Made by a program: the position numbers and the translations under genes. Source: Thermoflexus sp. (GTDB lineage: Bacteria > Chloroflexota > Anaerolineae > Thermoflexales > Thermoflexaceae). Taken from it: a DNA stretch of 24,000 bases. The stretch covers positions 1 through 24,000 of the forward strand of contig NZ_JANWXB010000120.1 in assembly GCF_025055495.1 (NCBI RefSeq). The letters are read 5' to 3'. Positions 15,635-24,000 of the stretch are shown here, in pieces. Every line of letters starts with the position of its first letter. Within the stretch, counting starts at the first letter, position 1. The notes under the pieces were generated by a model. It did no database searches, was not told the origin of the DNA, and was given only the letters and a program-made list of their open reading frames with translations.

Positions 15635-17101
15635 ATGTTCATTCGCTGGTTCGGGAAGGCGCTCGCCCTCATCGGGTTCGTGATGATCATCCAGAGTTTG
15701 ATCTGGATGAGCTATGGGGTCATGACGAGCCGGGGACCGGGAAGCCCCATGGATACGCTCAATGGGGTAGAGGGACCCGTGCCTACTCGATCTCCAGAGG
15801 CTGCGCGCACCATTCAACCCACCGCGACGGCGACTCCCACCCCTGCGCCCACTGCCACCCGGCTGCTGTCCCCAGCGACGCCCACCCCGGCTTTCCCGGC
15901 CCGATGGGCGATCACTCCCACCCCCCGGCCAGGGGCCCCGAGAGGAGGTCCGGAGGGAATCCCAGAGCCCCGTCCGCTTCTTTCCTTTCCACCCAAGCGG
16001 GTGAATTTGCTGTTGCTGGGAAGCGATCGGCGGCCAGGGGAACGTCTTGGACGAACCGATACCATCATCCTCGCTTCCATTGATCCGGATGAACCATCGG
16101 TGCGGTTGCTCGGTATCCCGCGGGATCTATGGGTATATATTCCCGGCTGGGGGTTTAATAAAATCAACACCGCCTATGTGCATGGAGAGCTGACCCATTA
16201 TCCCGGCGGAGGCTACGGCCTGCTTCAGGATACGCTTCGCTATAATCTGGGGCTTACCGTTCACGGCTACGCCCTGGTGGATTTCGATGGGATGCGGACG
16301 ATCATCGATACTCTGGGGGGCGTGGATGTGAACGTCCGATGTCCCTTGTATGATGTGTTTCCAGATCCCGATAACCCGGCGATCACGGGGACGCTATCTC
16401 TGCCCACGCCAGGCCGCTATCATCTGGACGGCAAGCATGCCCTGTGGTATATGCGATCCCGGCATTCGACGGGCGATCTTGATCGATCGCGCCGCCAGCA
16501 GCAGGTGTTGGAAGGATTGCTGGATCGACTGAGGGAAGGGGGATGGCTCCTGCGAGTCCCATCGCTCTGGTCCGGGATTCGCCAGACAGTGCAGACAGAT
16601 CTGGGGCTGGATGAGGTGCTCTGGATGGCTTCCGTGGGGCTGCGCCTGGACCGAAGCCGTATCGCCCGTGGATGGCTGCACTCGGTTGTGGAATCCAGGA
16701 GGATCTCCACGACCACGGAGAGTGAGCTGTTTATTTACCTTCCGACAGAGCAAATGTATTCATACCTGGAGCGGTTTCTGCTGGGCCCATTGCCCTCCAG
16801 GGCTTCGCCTGTCGCGCGGGTCGAGGTCATCAATGCCAGCGGGAATTCCCTTTATGGGGAGATGGCGGTGGAGATCCTGCGAGAGGCGGGGTTTGAGGTC
16901 GTTCGGATGGCGGAGGCCGCGCCGGATGGGCGGCCCACTCGGGTGATCGTGATCAGCCCCCCGGGATCCCTCTCGACCACTCAGGCGCTCATGCGGACTT
17001 TCCGGCTCCCGAGCTCGCGTCTGGAGGTGTCTCCAGAGCCGGGTGCGGAGGTTCCTTATCGCGTCTGGCTGGGCTCGGATTTTAATCCCTGCGTGCGGTG
17101 A
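15635..17101 (+). CDS. LCP family (LytR-CpsA-Psr) cell-envelope glycopolymer transferase with C-terminal LytR_C domain
   Basis: N-terminal TM anchor (FGKALALIGFVMII) and a Pro/Thr/Ala-rich linker. LCP core: VNLLLLGSDRR...RTDTIILASID, GIPRDLWVYIPG, INTAY, YALVDFDGMRTIIDTLGGVDV, GKHALWYMRSRH...DLDRSRRQQQVL. C-terminal VEVINASGNSLYGEMAVEILREAGFEVV. Start taken at ATG 15635 (GAGG upstream). TTG 15596 is an alternative. Confidence 0.87.
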   Translation: MFIRWFGKALALIGFVMIIQSLIWMSYGVMTSRGPGSPMDTLNGVEGPVPTRSPEAARTIQPTATATPTPAPTATRLLSPATPTPAFPARWAITPTPRPGAPRGGPEGIPEPRPLLSFPPKRVNLLLLGSDRRPGERLGRTDTIILASIDPDEPSVRLLGIPRDLWVYIPGWGFNKINTAYVHGELTHYPGGGYGLLQDTLRYNLGLTVHGYALVDFDGMRTIIDTLGGVDVNVRCPLYDVFPDPDNPAITGTLSLPTPGRYHLDGKHALWYMRSRHSTGDLDRSRRQQQVLEGLLDRLREGGWLLRVPSLWSGIRQTVQTDLGLDEVLWMASVGLRLDRSRIARGWLHSVVESRRISTTTESELFIYLPTEQMYSYLERFLLGPLPSRASPVARVEVINASGNSLYGEMAVEILREAGFEVVRMAEAAPDGRPTRVIVISPPGSLSTTQALMRTFRLPSSRLEVSPEPGAEVPYRVWLGSDFNPCVR

Positions 17102-17298
17102 TTCAACCGGTGGGCCCACTCGAATCCGAAGGATCATGGCATATGCCTTGGAACTCGGACCGCTGGCTGCGCCCCAGGGGGAACAGGGGTTTGGATGGTG
17201 GGGCGGGCGGCTTCGCTGCTCCTCCCATCGCTCCATCGGTGGTTGGCCGAAACGGGGTATCGGTCAGCGGATACCCTCCAAACTCTATTGGAGAGTAA

Positions 17299-20200
17299 AT
17301 GCCTGTGCGTCTCAAAGCGCTGGAGCTTCACGGCTTCAAGAGTTTTGCCGATCCGATCCGCCTGGAGTTCCCGGGGCCGGTGACCGCCATCGTGGGCCCT
17401 AACGGGAGCGGCAAGAGCAATATCGCTGAGGCCATCCGCTGGGTTCTGGGAGAGCAAAGCCTCTCCACTCTCCGGGCCCGCCGGGGCGAGGATCTGATCT
17501 TCGCCGGCGGCGATCAGCGGCCCCGCGCCGGAATGGCAGAGGTCACCCTGATCTTCGACAACTCCGACGGAGAGCTCTCGGTGGAATTCGAGGAGGTGGC
17601 CCTCACGCGCCGGGTCTACCGCGATGGGGAGGGCGAATATCTCCTGAATGGGAACCGGGTGCGCCTGCGCGATATCCAGGAGCTCCTGGGGTCCACCCCG
17701 CTGGCCCGACGGACTTACACCGTGATCGGGCAAGGGGTGGTGGATGAAGTGCTCCGGATGCGACCGGAGGAACGCCGCGCGCTGTTCGAAGAGGCCGCCG
17801 GCATCGCCCTTTACCGGATGAAGCGGGAGGAGGCGTTGCGCCGCCTGGAGATCACCCGGCAGAATCTGATGCGAGCCCGGGATCTGCTGGCGGAGATGAC
17901 GCCGCGGTTGAGCAGCCTGCGTCGCCAGGCGGAGCGCGCGCGCCAGTATGAGGAGCTTCTTTCTCAACTCAAAAGGCGATGGCGTCAGTGGGCTGCCCGC
18001 CGGATGGCCCGGTTGCGTCAGGGTCTGGAGGCCGCCCGGGCGGCCCTGGCCGAAGCCGAGGCGGCCCGGCTCCGTCATCAGGAGCAGCAGGCGATGGCTG
18101 AGCAGCAGGCCCTGACGCTTCGCGAGGAGATCCGCCGGCAGCGGGCAGCGCTGGCAGAGCAGGAGGCCGCCTGGGCCAAGTTGCAGGAGGAATCCGCCGC
18201 TGTGCAGCGACAGCTTCAGGCCGTGGAGGAGGCCCTTCAAGCGCTGTCGGAGCAAGCGAGGGCCCGTCGGGCGCAAGCAGAAGCCCTTCGGGCCCGGGAG
18301 GCCACGCTCCGGGCGATGGAGGAGGCGCTGAAGACCGAGCGGAAAGCGCTGGAAGATCGGCTCCGGGCCCTGCATGAGCAACGCCGGGCGCTGGAGGCGC
18401 TTTACGCGCCGAAGCGGATGCGCCATGAGGCGCTGTGCCATCAGAGGGCGGAAGTACAGACCGAACTCCATCGCCTGGAGGAGGAGGAAGCTCACCTCGC
18501 CCGTCGCCGTGTGGCGCTCCAGTCATTGCAACGCGAACTCGAGGAGCAATCGCTTCAGCGGGCCGCCCTGCGGGAGAGATGGATGCGGGAGCAGGCAGAT
18601 TGGCTTCGAGAGCAGGAACAGCTTCTCGAGGAAGCCCGGGTCCTGGAAGCGACTCTGGAGGCTATGGAGCGGCAGCGGGCTCAAATCAGCCGTCAGCTGG
18701 AGGAGGCAGAGGCGGGGGTCCTTCAAGCGCAGGAGCAGGCGGCTCAGGCCCGGGCCCGGAAGGCCTATCTGGAGGCTTATGCGGAGAGCTTGGCTCGTAG
18801 CCGGGAGACCCAGGAGGGGCTTCGAGGGGACCTGCGGGCGATTCTCGCCGCCGGCCTTCCTGGGGTGCTGGGTTCGCTGGCCGACTTTCTGGAGATCGAA
18901 CATGGCTGGGAGGCGGCGGTGGCGGCTATGCTGGGTCCGCTGCTCCAGGCGCTGGTGGTGCGGGATCCGGCAACGATGGAACGGGTGCGGTCGATGATCC
19001 ATCACGGCCTGCCGGTGGTGATTCTCGGCGGATTGCGTGTGAAGCGCTCACGCCCGGTTCGCAGCCGGTCATCCATTGGGGGGATTGCCCTTCCAGCCCG
19101 GCGTTTCATCCCACCGGCGCGTCCGGCAAGGAGCGTCCTGCGGGCGCGGGAGCCCCGGCTTCAGGCTTGGCTGGAGCGCCGTCTGGAGGATGTCTGGCTG
19201 GTGGAAACCTGGGAGCAGGCGCTGAGGCTCTGGCCTCAGTTGCCACGGACGGTTCAAATCATGACCCGGGATGGCGAGCGGATCAGCGGGGAGGGAGTCC
19301 TGTGGATCGGCGAATACGCTGCTCCGGAGGTGGTGTGGCTGACCCAGGAACAAGCCTGGCGGTCGCTCCCGGAACAAATCCGGGCGGCGCAGGAGACGTT
19401 ACGCCGGGCCGAAGAAGCTATGGAAGCAAGTTCCCTCAAGTGGAGGCAATTGCAGGAGGAGCGGGCTTCCCTGGAAGCGATCTATCGGTCCGCGGAAGCC
19501 CGCAGAGAGGAGGTGCGGCGGCGGCTCCGGGATATTGAGGAGGCGATTCGGAAGGCAACGATAGCCCTTCAAGCGCTGGAACAGGAGATCTCAGAAGGGA
19601 AGCGGAGGCAGGCACAAATCGAGGCGGAGCAGCAGGAACTGGACCGCTTGGGGCAGGCGCTGGCGCAGAAGCGGCGGGCGCTGGAGGAATCCCGGTCGAT
19701 GATCGATTCGGAGATCATCAACCTGGGCCTGGAGCCCATCGAAGCAGAGCGAGCTCGTCTCCAGACAGAGGAGCGGATGCTGGAGGAGCAATGCCGTCAG
19801 GTGGAGGAGATGCTCGCCCGACATCAGGAGGCCCTGCAGGCGATCGAGGCGGAGCGGGCTGCGCTGTCCCTTGAGGAAGCGGATGAGCAGCGCGCTGTGC
19901 TGGAGGCCGAACGAGAGCGTTGGCAGGATCGGCAGCGAGCGCTCGCGATCCAGTTGCGGGAGCTGGAGACCCGACGCGTCCAGGGCATGGCTGCTCTCCT
20001 AACTACGGAATCGATGTTCGAGGAGGCCTGGAAGCAGGTGGAAAGCCTTCGCGAGGCGGGCCAGGCGCTGGAAGAGCAGGTCCATGCGGCCCAGCTGGAG
20101 GTCGTGCGCTGGGAGGGAGAGGTCCACGCCTTCCGGCAGGTCCTCCGGGAGGAATGGCGTTATCTGGATGAAGGAGAGATGGATTCCGAGATGGAGACCG

Positions 20201-20901
20201 CAGGAGAGGAAGAGGCGGAGCCACTGGAAGCCCTGGAGGCGGAGGTAGAAGCCCTCCGGCGGGCGTTGCGGCGGCTGGGGCCGATTCATCCGGAGGCGGC
20301 TTCGGAATACGCGGCGCTGCAGGAACGCCATGCCTTCCTGACGTCTCAGATCGCGGATCTGGAGGCCGCCGCGGCCTCCCTCCAGCAGACGATCGCCGCC
20401 CTGGATCAACAGATGCAGCAGGCCTTTATGGCAACCTTCCGGGCAGTGGGCCGCGCCTTTAAAGAGACCTTCATCGAGTTGTTTGGGGGTGGCAATGCCC
20501 GCCTGATGCTTACGGAAGCGGAGAGCTGGGATCAGGCAGGGGTGGAGATCTTCGTGCGGGTGCCGGGAAAGCGGACTCAGAGCCTGATGATGCTCTCTGG
20601 AGGGGAGAAGGCATTGACAGCCACCGCCCTGATCTTCGCCCTCCTGAAAGTTCGCCCGTCGCCCTTTGTGGTTCTGGACGAGGCGGATGCGGCTCTGGAC
20701 GAGGCCAATATCGGTCGTTTCCGGGAGATGATCCGCCGGCTCTCCGAACGCACCCAGTTCATCCTGATCACACATAATCGGGGGACTATAGAAGCAGCCG
20801 ATACGATCTATGGCGTCACCATGCGGTCGGATGGTGTCTCTCAAGTCCTCAGTTTACGCTTAGAGGAGGGGGAGCGGATCCTACCAGGAAGCGCCTCTTA
20901 G
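17299..20901 (+). CDS. smc: Chromosome partition protein SMC
   Basis: 1200 aa. Walker A GPNGSGKSNIAEAIRWVLGEQS, long Ala/Glu/Arg/Leu coiled-coil arms, and a central hinge (GVLGSLADFLEIEHGWEAAVAAMLG). ABC signature LSGGEKALTATALIFAL and Walker B FVVLDEADAALDEAN. GGAGAG SD upstream. Confidence 0.96.
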   Translation: MPVRLKALELHGFKSFADPIRLEFPGPVTAIVGPNGSGKSNIAEAIRWVLGEQSLSTLRARRGEDLIFAGGDQRPRAGMAEVTLIFDNSDGELSVEFEEVALTRRVYRDGEGEYLLNGNRVRLRDIQELLGSTPLARRTYTVIGQGVVDEVLRMRPEERRALFEEAAGIALYRMKREEALRRLEITRQNLMRARDLLAEMTPRLSSLRRQAERARQYEELLSQLKRRWRQWAARRMARLRQGLEAARAALAEAEAARLRHQEQQAMAEQQALTLREEIRRQRAALAEQEAAWAKLQEESAAVQRQLQAVEEALQALSEQARARRAQAEALRAREATLRAMEEALKTERKALEDRLRALHEQRRALEALYAPKRMRHEALCHQRAEVQTELHRLEEEEAHLARRRVALQSLQRELEEQSLQRAALRERWMREQADWLREQEQLLEEARVLEATLEAMERQRAQISRQLEEAEAGVLQAQEQAAQARARKAYLEAYAESLARSRETQEGLRGDLRAILAAGLPGVLGSLADFLEIEHGWEAAVAAMLGPLLQALVVRDPATMERVRSMIHHGLPVVILGGLRVKRSRPVRSRSSIGGIALPARRFIPPARPARSVLRAREPRLQAWLERRLEDVWLVETWEQALRLWPQLPRTVQIMTRDGERISGEGVLWIGEYAAPEVVWLTQEQAWRSLPEQIRAAQETLRRAEEAMEASSLKWRQLQEERASLEAIYRSAEARREEVRRRLRDIEEAIRKATIALQALEQEISEGKRRQAQIEAEQQELDRLGQALAQKRRALEESRSMIDSEIINLGLEPIEAERARLQTEERMLEEQCRQVEEMLARHQEALQAIEAERAALSLEEADEQRAVLEAERERWQDRQRALAIQLRELETRRVQGMAALLTTESMFEEAWKQVESLREAGQALEEQVHAAQLEVVRWEGEVHAFRQVLREEWRYLDEGEMDSEMETAGEEEAEPLEALEAEVEALRRALRRLGPIHPEAASEYAALQERHAFLTSQIADLEAAAASLQQTIAALDQQMQQAFMATFRAVGRAFKETFIELFGGGNARLMLTEAESWDQAGVEIFVRVPGKRTQSLMMLSGGEKALTATALIFALLKVRPSPFVVLDEADAALDEANIGRFREMIRRLSERTQFILITHNRGTIEAADTIYGVTMRSDGVSQVLSLRLEEGERILPGSAS

Positions 20902-20908
20902 CCGATTC

Positions 20909-20935
20909 GGGGCGGGCCGCTCTGCCGCCCGCCCC
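20909..20935. terminator. Candidate bidirectional terminator hairpin between convergent smc and the coiled-coil gene
   Basis: GGGGCGGGC-N9-GCCCGCCCC, a perfect 9-bp GC stem in the 40-nt convergent spacer. No clear U-tract on either side, so confidence is modest. Confidence 0.4.
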
Positions 20936-20941
20936 AGCTGT

Positions 20942-21979
20942 TCACTCTATGGGAATCTGTTGGGGTGGAAAGACGCGGCCGTCTTTCAGCCACCATACTC
21001 CCAGTTTTTGGGCCATACGCGCCGCTTCTAAATGGATCTCCGGGCCGGCGACGGCAGGAATGACCTCGGCCTCCGGAAAGACCTTACGTAGAGCAGCGGC
21101 TCGCTCGACGGCTCGGTCTACGTCATTTGTGTGCACGATCGCCGAGACTTCCACCACGAGGTAGGCGATTCCCTCACCCTCCAGCTTGTTTCCTTGAACT
21201 ATCACGTCCGCTTCGTCCAGTGAATCCACCTCTGCTGCGGTTAGCCGTCCTGCAGCTTCGGCGGAGCGGATAAGAGCCTCTCGCTCCTCCGCGCTCAGGA
21301 TATGAGGATCTTGAACTAAGCGGCGGTAACGACGCGATCGAGTACGGTATTGATTTTCGTGAATCCAGCCTCGAACCAAGCCGCTCAGTATGTTCACTTC
21401 TTTTATTACACCTAATAGTGTCTCTTCCAGGCGATGCTGAGCCTCAGCAAGTTGCTGGACTTGTTCTTCGGTGCGGCGTTGGGCCTCAGCGAGCTGCCTT
21501 ATCTGTTCTTCGGTGCGGCGCTGGGCCTCAGCAAGCTGCTGGACTTGTTCTTCGGTGCGGCGTTGGGCTTCGGCAAGGGCGGTGACGGCTTCTTCCAGGC
21601 GGCTGACCCGTTCCTCGATACGGCCAACTCGTTCCTCGATATGGCCAACTCGTTCCTCGATGTGGCGCTGGGCTTCGGCAAGCTGCCTTACGTGTTCTTC
21701 GGTGCGGCGTTGGGCCTCAGCAAGCTGCCGCACATATTCTTCGGTGCGGCGCTGGGCTTCGGCCAGGGCGGCGACAGATTCCACGAGCGCCTGCACTGCG
21801 TCTGTTAGGCTGCTCAGCGACCTTTCGGCCCGCATCACATGGGTGGAAAGCCGTCGTAGATCTTGGGGGGACTGAAGCAATTCTTCGGTGAGCAATCGTT
21901 GACGAAGAGCTTCCACCCATTCTGGGTGCTGATCCAGCAAACGAATCAGGTCTTCAAAATCTCGGACCGTGAACGCCAT
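20942..21979 (-). CDS. Coiled-coil tandem-repeat protein with C-terminal PD-(D/E)XK-like domain (DUF3782/DUF1626-type architecture), function unknown
   Basis: 345 aa. AGGAGG lies 5 nt upstream of the ATG. The central region is built from 14-aa units LAEAQRRTEExVxQ (five copies) and 7-aa units IEERVGx (three copies). The C-terminus EADVIVQG...AYLVVEVSAIVHTNDVDRAVERAAAL...VIPAVAGPEI...AQKLGVWW resembles restriction-endonuclease-fold families recalled from thermophile and cyanobacterial genomes. The domain call is from memory, not a search. Confidence 0.75.
   Translation of the reverse strand: MAFTVRDFEDLIRLLDQHPEWVEALRQRLLTEELLQSPQDLRRLSTHVMRAERSLSSLTDAVQALVESVAALAEAQRRTEEYVRQLAEAQRRTEEHVRQLAEAQRHIEERVGHIEERVGRIEERVSRLEEAVTALAEAQRRTEEQVQQLAEAQRRTEEQIRQLAEAQRRTEEQVQQLAEAQHRLEETLLGVIKEVNILSGLVRGWIHENQYRTRSRRYRRLVQDPHILSAEEREALIRSAEAAGRLTAAEVDSLDEADVIVQGNKLEGEGIAYLVVEVSAIVHTNDVDRAVERAAALRKVFPEAEVIPAVAGPEIHLEAARMAQKLGVWWLKDGRVFPPQQIPIE
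21437..21751 (-). repeat. In-frame tandem repeats inside the coiled-coil CDS: 42-nt units x3, then 21-nt units x3, then 42-nt units x2
   Basis: 42-nt units at 21437-21478, 21479-21520, 21521-21562, 21668-21709 and 21710-21751. All end in TTCTTCGGTGCGGCG on the + strand. 21-nt units TTCCTCGATAyGGCCAACTCG lie at 21611-21631 and 21632-21652, with a degenerate third at 21653-21673. Copies differ mainly at a few positions. Confidence 0.9.
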
Positions 21980-21996
21980 AAGCGCCTCCTGAGGGA

Positions 21997-22024
21997 ATTA
22001 TATCATGTTTTCCATAAGCGTCGA
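21997..22024 (-). promoter_or_regulatory. Candidate sigma70-type promoter for the coiled-coil gene (TCGACG-N16-TATAAT on the - strand)
   Basis: A perfect TATAAT is the reverse complement of 21997-22002. A 4/6 -35-like TCGACG is the reverse complement of 22019-22024. This would give a very short leader starting at about the AGGAGG SD. Sequence match only. Confidence 0.3.
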
Positions 22025-22149
22025 GGCTGTGTAGGGAAAGGGAAGATTGGATTGTGACGAGGACGGTCAGAAAGCAACTCGCCCGCTAAAAAGGATCCTC
22101 TGAGTATGCCAATCGGGAGACATAGCTGTTGGCAGTATAAGTGGTGCAT

Positions 22150-24000
22150 TTAATTCGAAATCGATCCCGGCGCCGGAAAGGCCTGGATCCGCCAATCGGC
22201 ACATGTGTTGGTATCTCGACTTGCCGGGAACCGCTCCAAGCTCTGGCCTCGCGAAGGGGTCGGGCAGCGGGGCGGGCCGCCCCATTCCACCCGATCGATT
22301 TCCCCCTCCGGACCGATGAGCACGACCTCGTCCTGGGTGTTGTTCAGGTTCCACCAGCCACGTCCCCAGCCGGGATCCGGGATCAGGTCGGGCACCAGAG
22401 GATCCGTCGCCGCCAGCTCGAAATGGGGACGAGTGCCGTAGCGGGCGAGGAAGGCCTGGGCGGAGACCGCGATCACTTGAACCTCCCCCGGGCGGATTGT
22501 CGTGCCGTCTGGGAAGCGATACATCCCCTCGTAATCGCCTGGCACCGCCGCATCGCCGATCCCATAGCCGTTGAGATTCAGCGTGTTTCCGGTAGGGTTA
22601 TAGATCTCCACCCACTCCTCGTTTGGATCGATCCCGAGGGCGTTCACCAGGATCTCGCTGATCAGCAAGTGAGGCGGGCGGTGATCGCGGAAGACCAGAG
22701 GGAGATAGACTTTGGGTTGAGACAATTCCCAGTCCAGTCGAAATAGCTCGCTTAGGGCGTCCCATCCTTCTTTGGACCGAAAGATCAGCATGATCTCCCG
22801 GTTCAGCTTGTGGGAGGTTTCCGTGCCATTAGCCGAACCCAGGACAATGTAAGGCTCTCCGCTCAGACGGATCATGGTCATCTTGTTGTGGAGTCCTCGC
22901 CCACCCGGATTGCCCGTTCGCGCTTGAAGGGTGGTGGAAAGAGTGGAGCTCATAAAGCTCAGGGATTGAATGTAGGCTACAGTGGCCGCATTGCTGCGGG
23001 GATTTGACGGATCATCATAGAAGCGATCCAGGAGAAGCCATACCGATGCCCCTCGTCCGGCGGCCTCAATCAGCGTGGCCAGATACAGGTTCGGCGAGAT
23101 CACCGGGGCGGCGGCCGGATCGCTGGCACCCGGCCCCCACCAGGGAGGGACGGTCAGTTGCTGGGCGAGGATCAGATCCCCTGGGCCGGCCTGGCGAAGC
23201 AACGCCCATACCCCAGCCTCCAGATTCAGCATTCCTTCGGGTCCGATGATCAATTGGAGATCGCTGGCGGTGATGGGGATGGGTTCTGAGAACCGGACCG
23301 GGTAGACTGTCCCCCCCAGGGTGAGGGGTGGGGTATAGGTGGGCGGCGGGTCTTCCGTCAGCGCCATTACATCCCGGAAGATGGGAGCGATATCGCGGCG
23401 AAACAGCTCTGTCAGGAAAGCGGCGATCTCCGGCGACTCGAACGCCACCAGGATGCCGCGCTGGCCCTCTGTCCCATCGCTCTTCGGGTCGTCCGGCATA
23501 GCACGAGGGCTCAGGTTTTCTGTCCCTACAAGCACTCCTCGATCATCCCGAACCAGGAATTTCGCGTGAGCATACGTGTAACGACGGAGCGCCGGAGGGA
23601 TCGCGGTCGGGGCGTTCCGCATCATTAAACATCGACCCCCTGCGATTCGCAGGAGCCGACAGGCATAACGCGTGTCGTCGGTGATCCCGCCTGGGGGCGT
23701 CCCCTCCAGGAGCAACGTGACGGAGACGCCCCGTCGCGCCGCTGCCGCCAGCCGTTCGGCGATCTTAGGATGTTCAAACGTGAACATCTCCCCCACAATA
23801 GAAGTCTGAGCGCCGTCGATCCACGCGGCGACTGCTTCGAAAGCATGATCCGGCGCGATGATCAGGGTCATCGGAATGGTGCCGCTGAGCGTAAAAGGAC
23901 GCTCATAGCGCTCCGGCATCCACCCGGGGAAATAGACTCGGCGTCCCCACCATGGATCCAGCCGATCGCTGGCCCAATCGGCTGCTGTATCGGTATCCAC
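22150..24000 (-). CDS. Phospholipase D-family (double HKD) protein fused to a C-terminal lamin-tail domain; 5' end lies outside the window
   Basis: The ORF runs to the window edge, so it is partial. First HKD motif YAHAKFLVRDDRGVLVGTENLS. Second, degenerate motif GLHNKMTMIRLSGEPYIVLGSANGT. C-terminal LTD pattern ISEILVNALGIDPNEEWVEIYNPTGNTLNLNGYGIGD...YRFPDGTTIRPGEVQVIAVS. TAA stop at 22150-22152. Confidence 0.85.
   Translation of the reverse strand: MDTDTAADWASDRLDPWWGRRVYFPGWMPERYERPFTLSGTIPMTLIIAPDHAFEAVAAWIDGAQTSIVGEMFTFEHPKIAERLAAAARRGVSVTLLLEGTPPGGITDDTRYACRLLRIAGGRCLMMRNAPTAIPPALRRYTYAHAKFLVRDDRGVLVGTENLSPRAMPDDPKSDGTEGQRGILVAFESPEIAAFLTELFRRDIAPIFRDVMALTEDPPPTYTPPLTLGGTVYPVRFSEPIPITASDLQLIIGPEGMLNLEAGVWALLRQAGPGDLILAQQLTVPPWWGPGASDPAAAPVISPNLYLATLIEAAGRGASVWLLLDRFYDDPSNPRSNAATVAYIQSLSFMSSTLSTTLQARTGNPGGRGLHNKMTMIRLSGEPYIVLGSANGTETSHKLNREIMLIFRSKEGWDALSELFRLDWELSQPKVYLPLVFRDHRPPHLLISEILVNALGIDPNEEWVEIYNPTGNTLNLNGYGIGDAAVPGDYEGMYRFPDGTTIRPGEVQVIAVSAQAFLARYGTRPHFELAATDPLVPDLIPDPGWGRGWWNLNNTQDEVVLIGPEGEIDRVEWGGPPRCPTPSRGQSLERFPASRDTNTCADWRIQAFPAPGSISN

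Noticed and set aside
17110-17147. Palindromes GTGGGCCCAC (17110-17119) and GGCATATGCC (17138-17147), plus a TCGAATCC string (17120-17127) reminiscent of a tRNA T-loop, all downstream of the LCP gene.
   Set aside because: No acceptor, D or anticodon arms can be drawn, so this is not a tRNA. The loop-less 10-nt palindromes cannot form stable hairpins, and no U-tract follows. They may be protein or restriction sites, but nothing supports a specific call.
17299-20901. SMC considered as part of an SMC-like defence system (Wadjet JetC or Lamassu LmuB).
   Set aside because: It has full-length canonical SMC architecture (1200 aa, standard Walker A/signature/Walker B, hinge). There are no adjacent kleisin/KITE/Toprim (JetABD) or LmuA-type effector genes. 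The neighbours are an LCP enzyme and a convergent unrelated gene.
21434-21875. + strand ORFs 21434..21808 and 21471..21875 with repetitive FFGAALGLSKL peptides. The 42-nt repeats were also considered as a possible CRISPR array.
   Set aside because: These ORFs are the antisense reading of the in-frame coiled-coil repeats of the - strand gene, which has the SD, start codon and a non-repetitive C-terminal domain. The repeats are contiguous, with no unique spacers, and are multiples of 3 nt, so this is not a CRISPR array.

Overview
GC-rich bacterial chromosomal window. By gene content and protein style it looks like a monoderm, Chloroflexota-like organism, but that placement is a low-confidence inference. 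About half of the window (96-12694, + strand) is a classical division/cell-wall (dcw) cluster: mraY-murD-ftsW-murG-[CvpA-like membrane protein]-murC-murB-ddl-ftsQ-ftsA-ftsZ. From mraY to ftsQ the genes are tightly packed, with 4-nt ATGA overlaps and three long out-of-frame overlaps. Two unusually large spacers follow: ftsQ-ftsA (175 nt) and ftsA-ftsZ (484 nt). Both spacers carry very GC-rich palindromes that share a 15-nt identical core. Downstream of ftsZ lie a small type-1 RNase H (- strand) and a 489-nt divergent spacer holding an orphan terminator-like hairpin. These are followed on the + strand by a 564-aa NYN/LabA-like protein with a long uncharacterised C-terminal region, an LCP (LytR-CpsA-Psr) enzyme and canonical SMC. 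Two - strand genes sit in a slightly lower-GC context at the right end. One is a coiled-coil protein built from in-frame 42-nt and 21-nt tandem repeats with a PD-(D/E)XK-like C-terminus. The other is a 5'-truncated double-HKD phospholipase-D-family protein fused to a lamin-tail domain. I see no rRNA, tRNA, CRISPR array, transposase or recognisable multi-gene defence system. The window is mostly core housekeeping. The most unusual items are the dispersed palindrome family inside the dcw cluster, the dcw-embedded membrane protein, the NYN multidomain protein with its structured divergent spacer, and the repeat-built coiled-coil/nuclease-like gene. The many long antisense ORFs in the track are high-GC artefacts.
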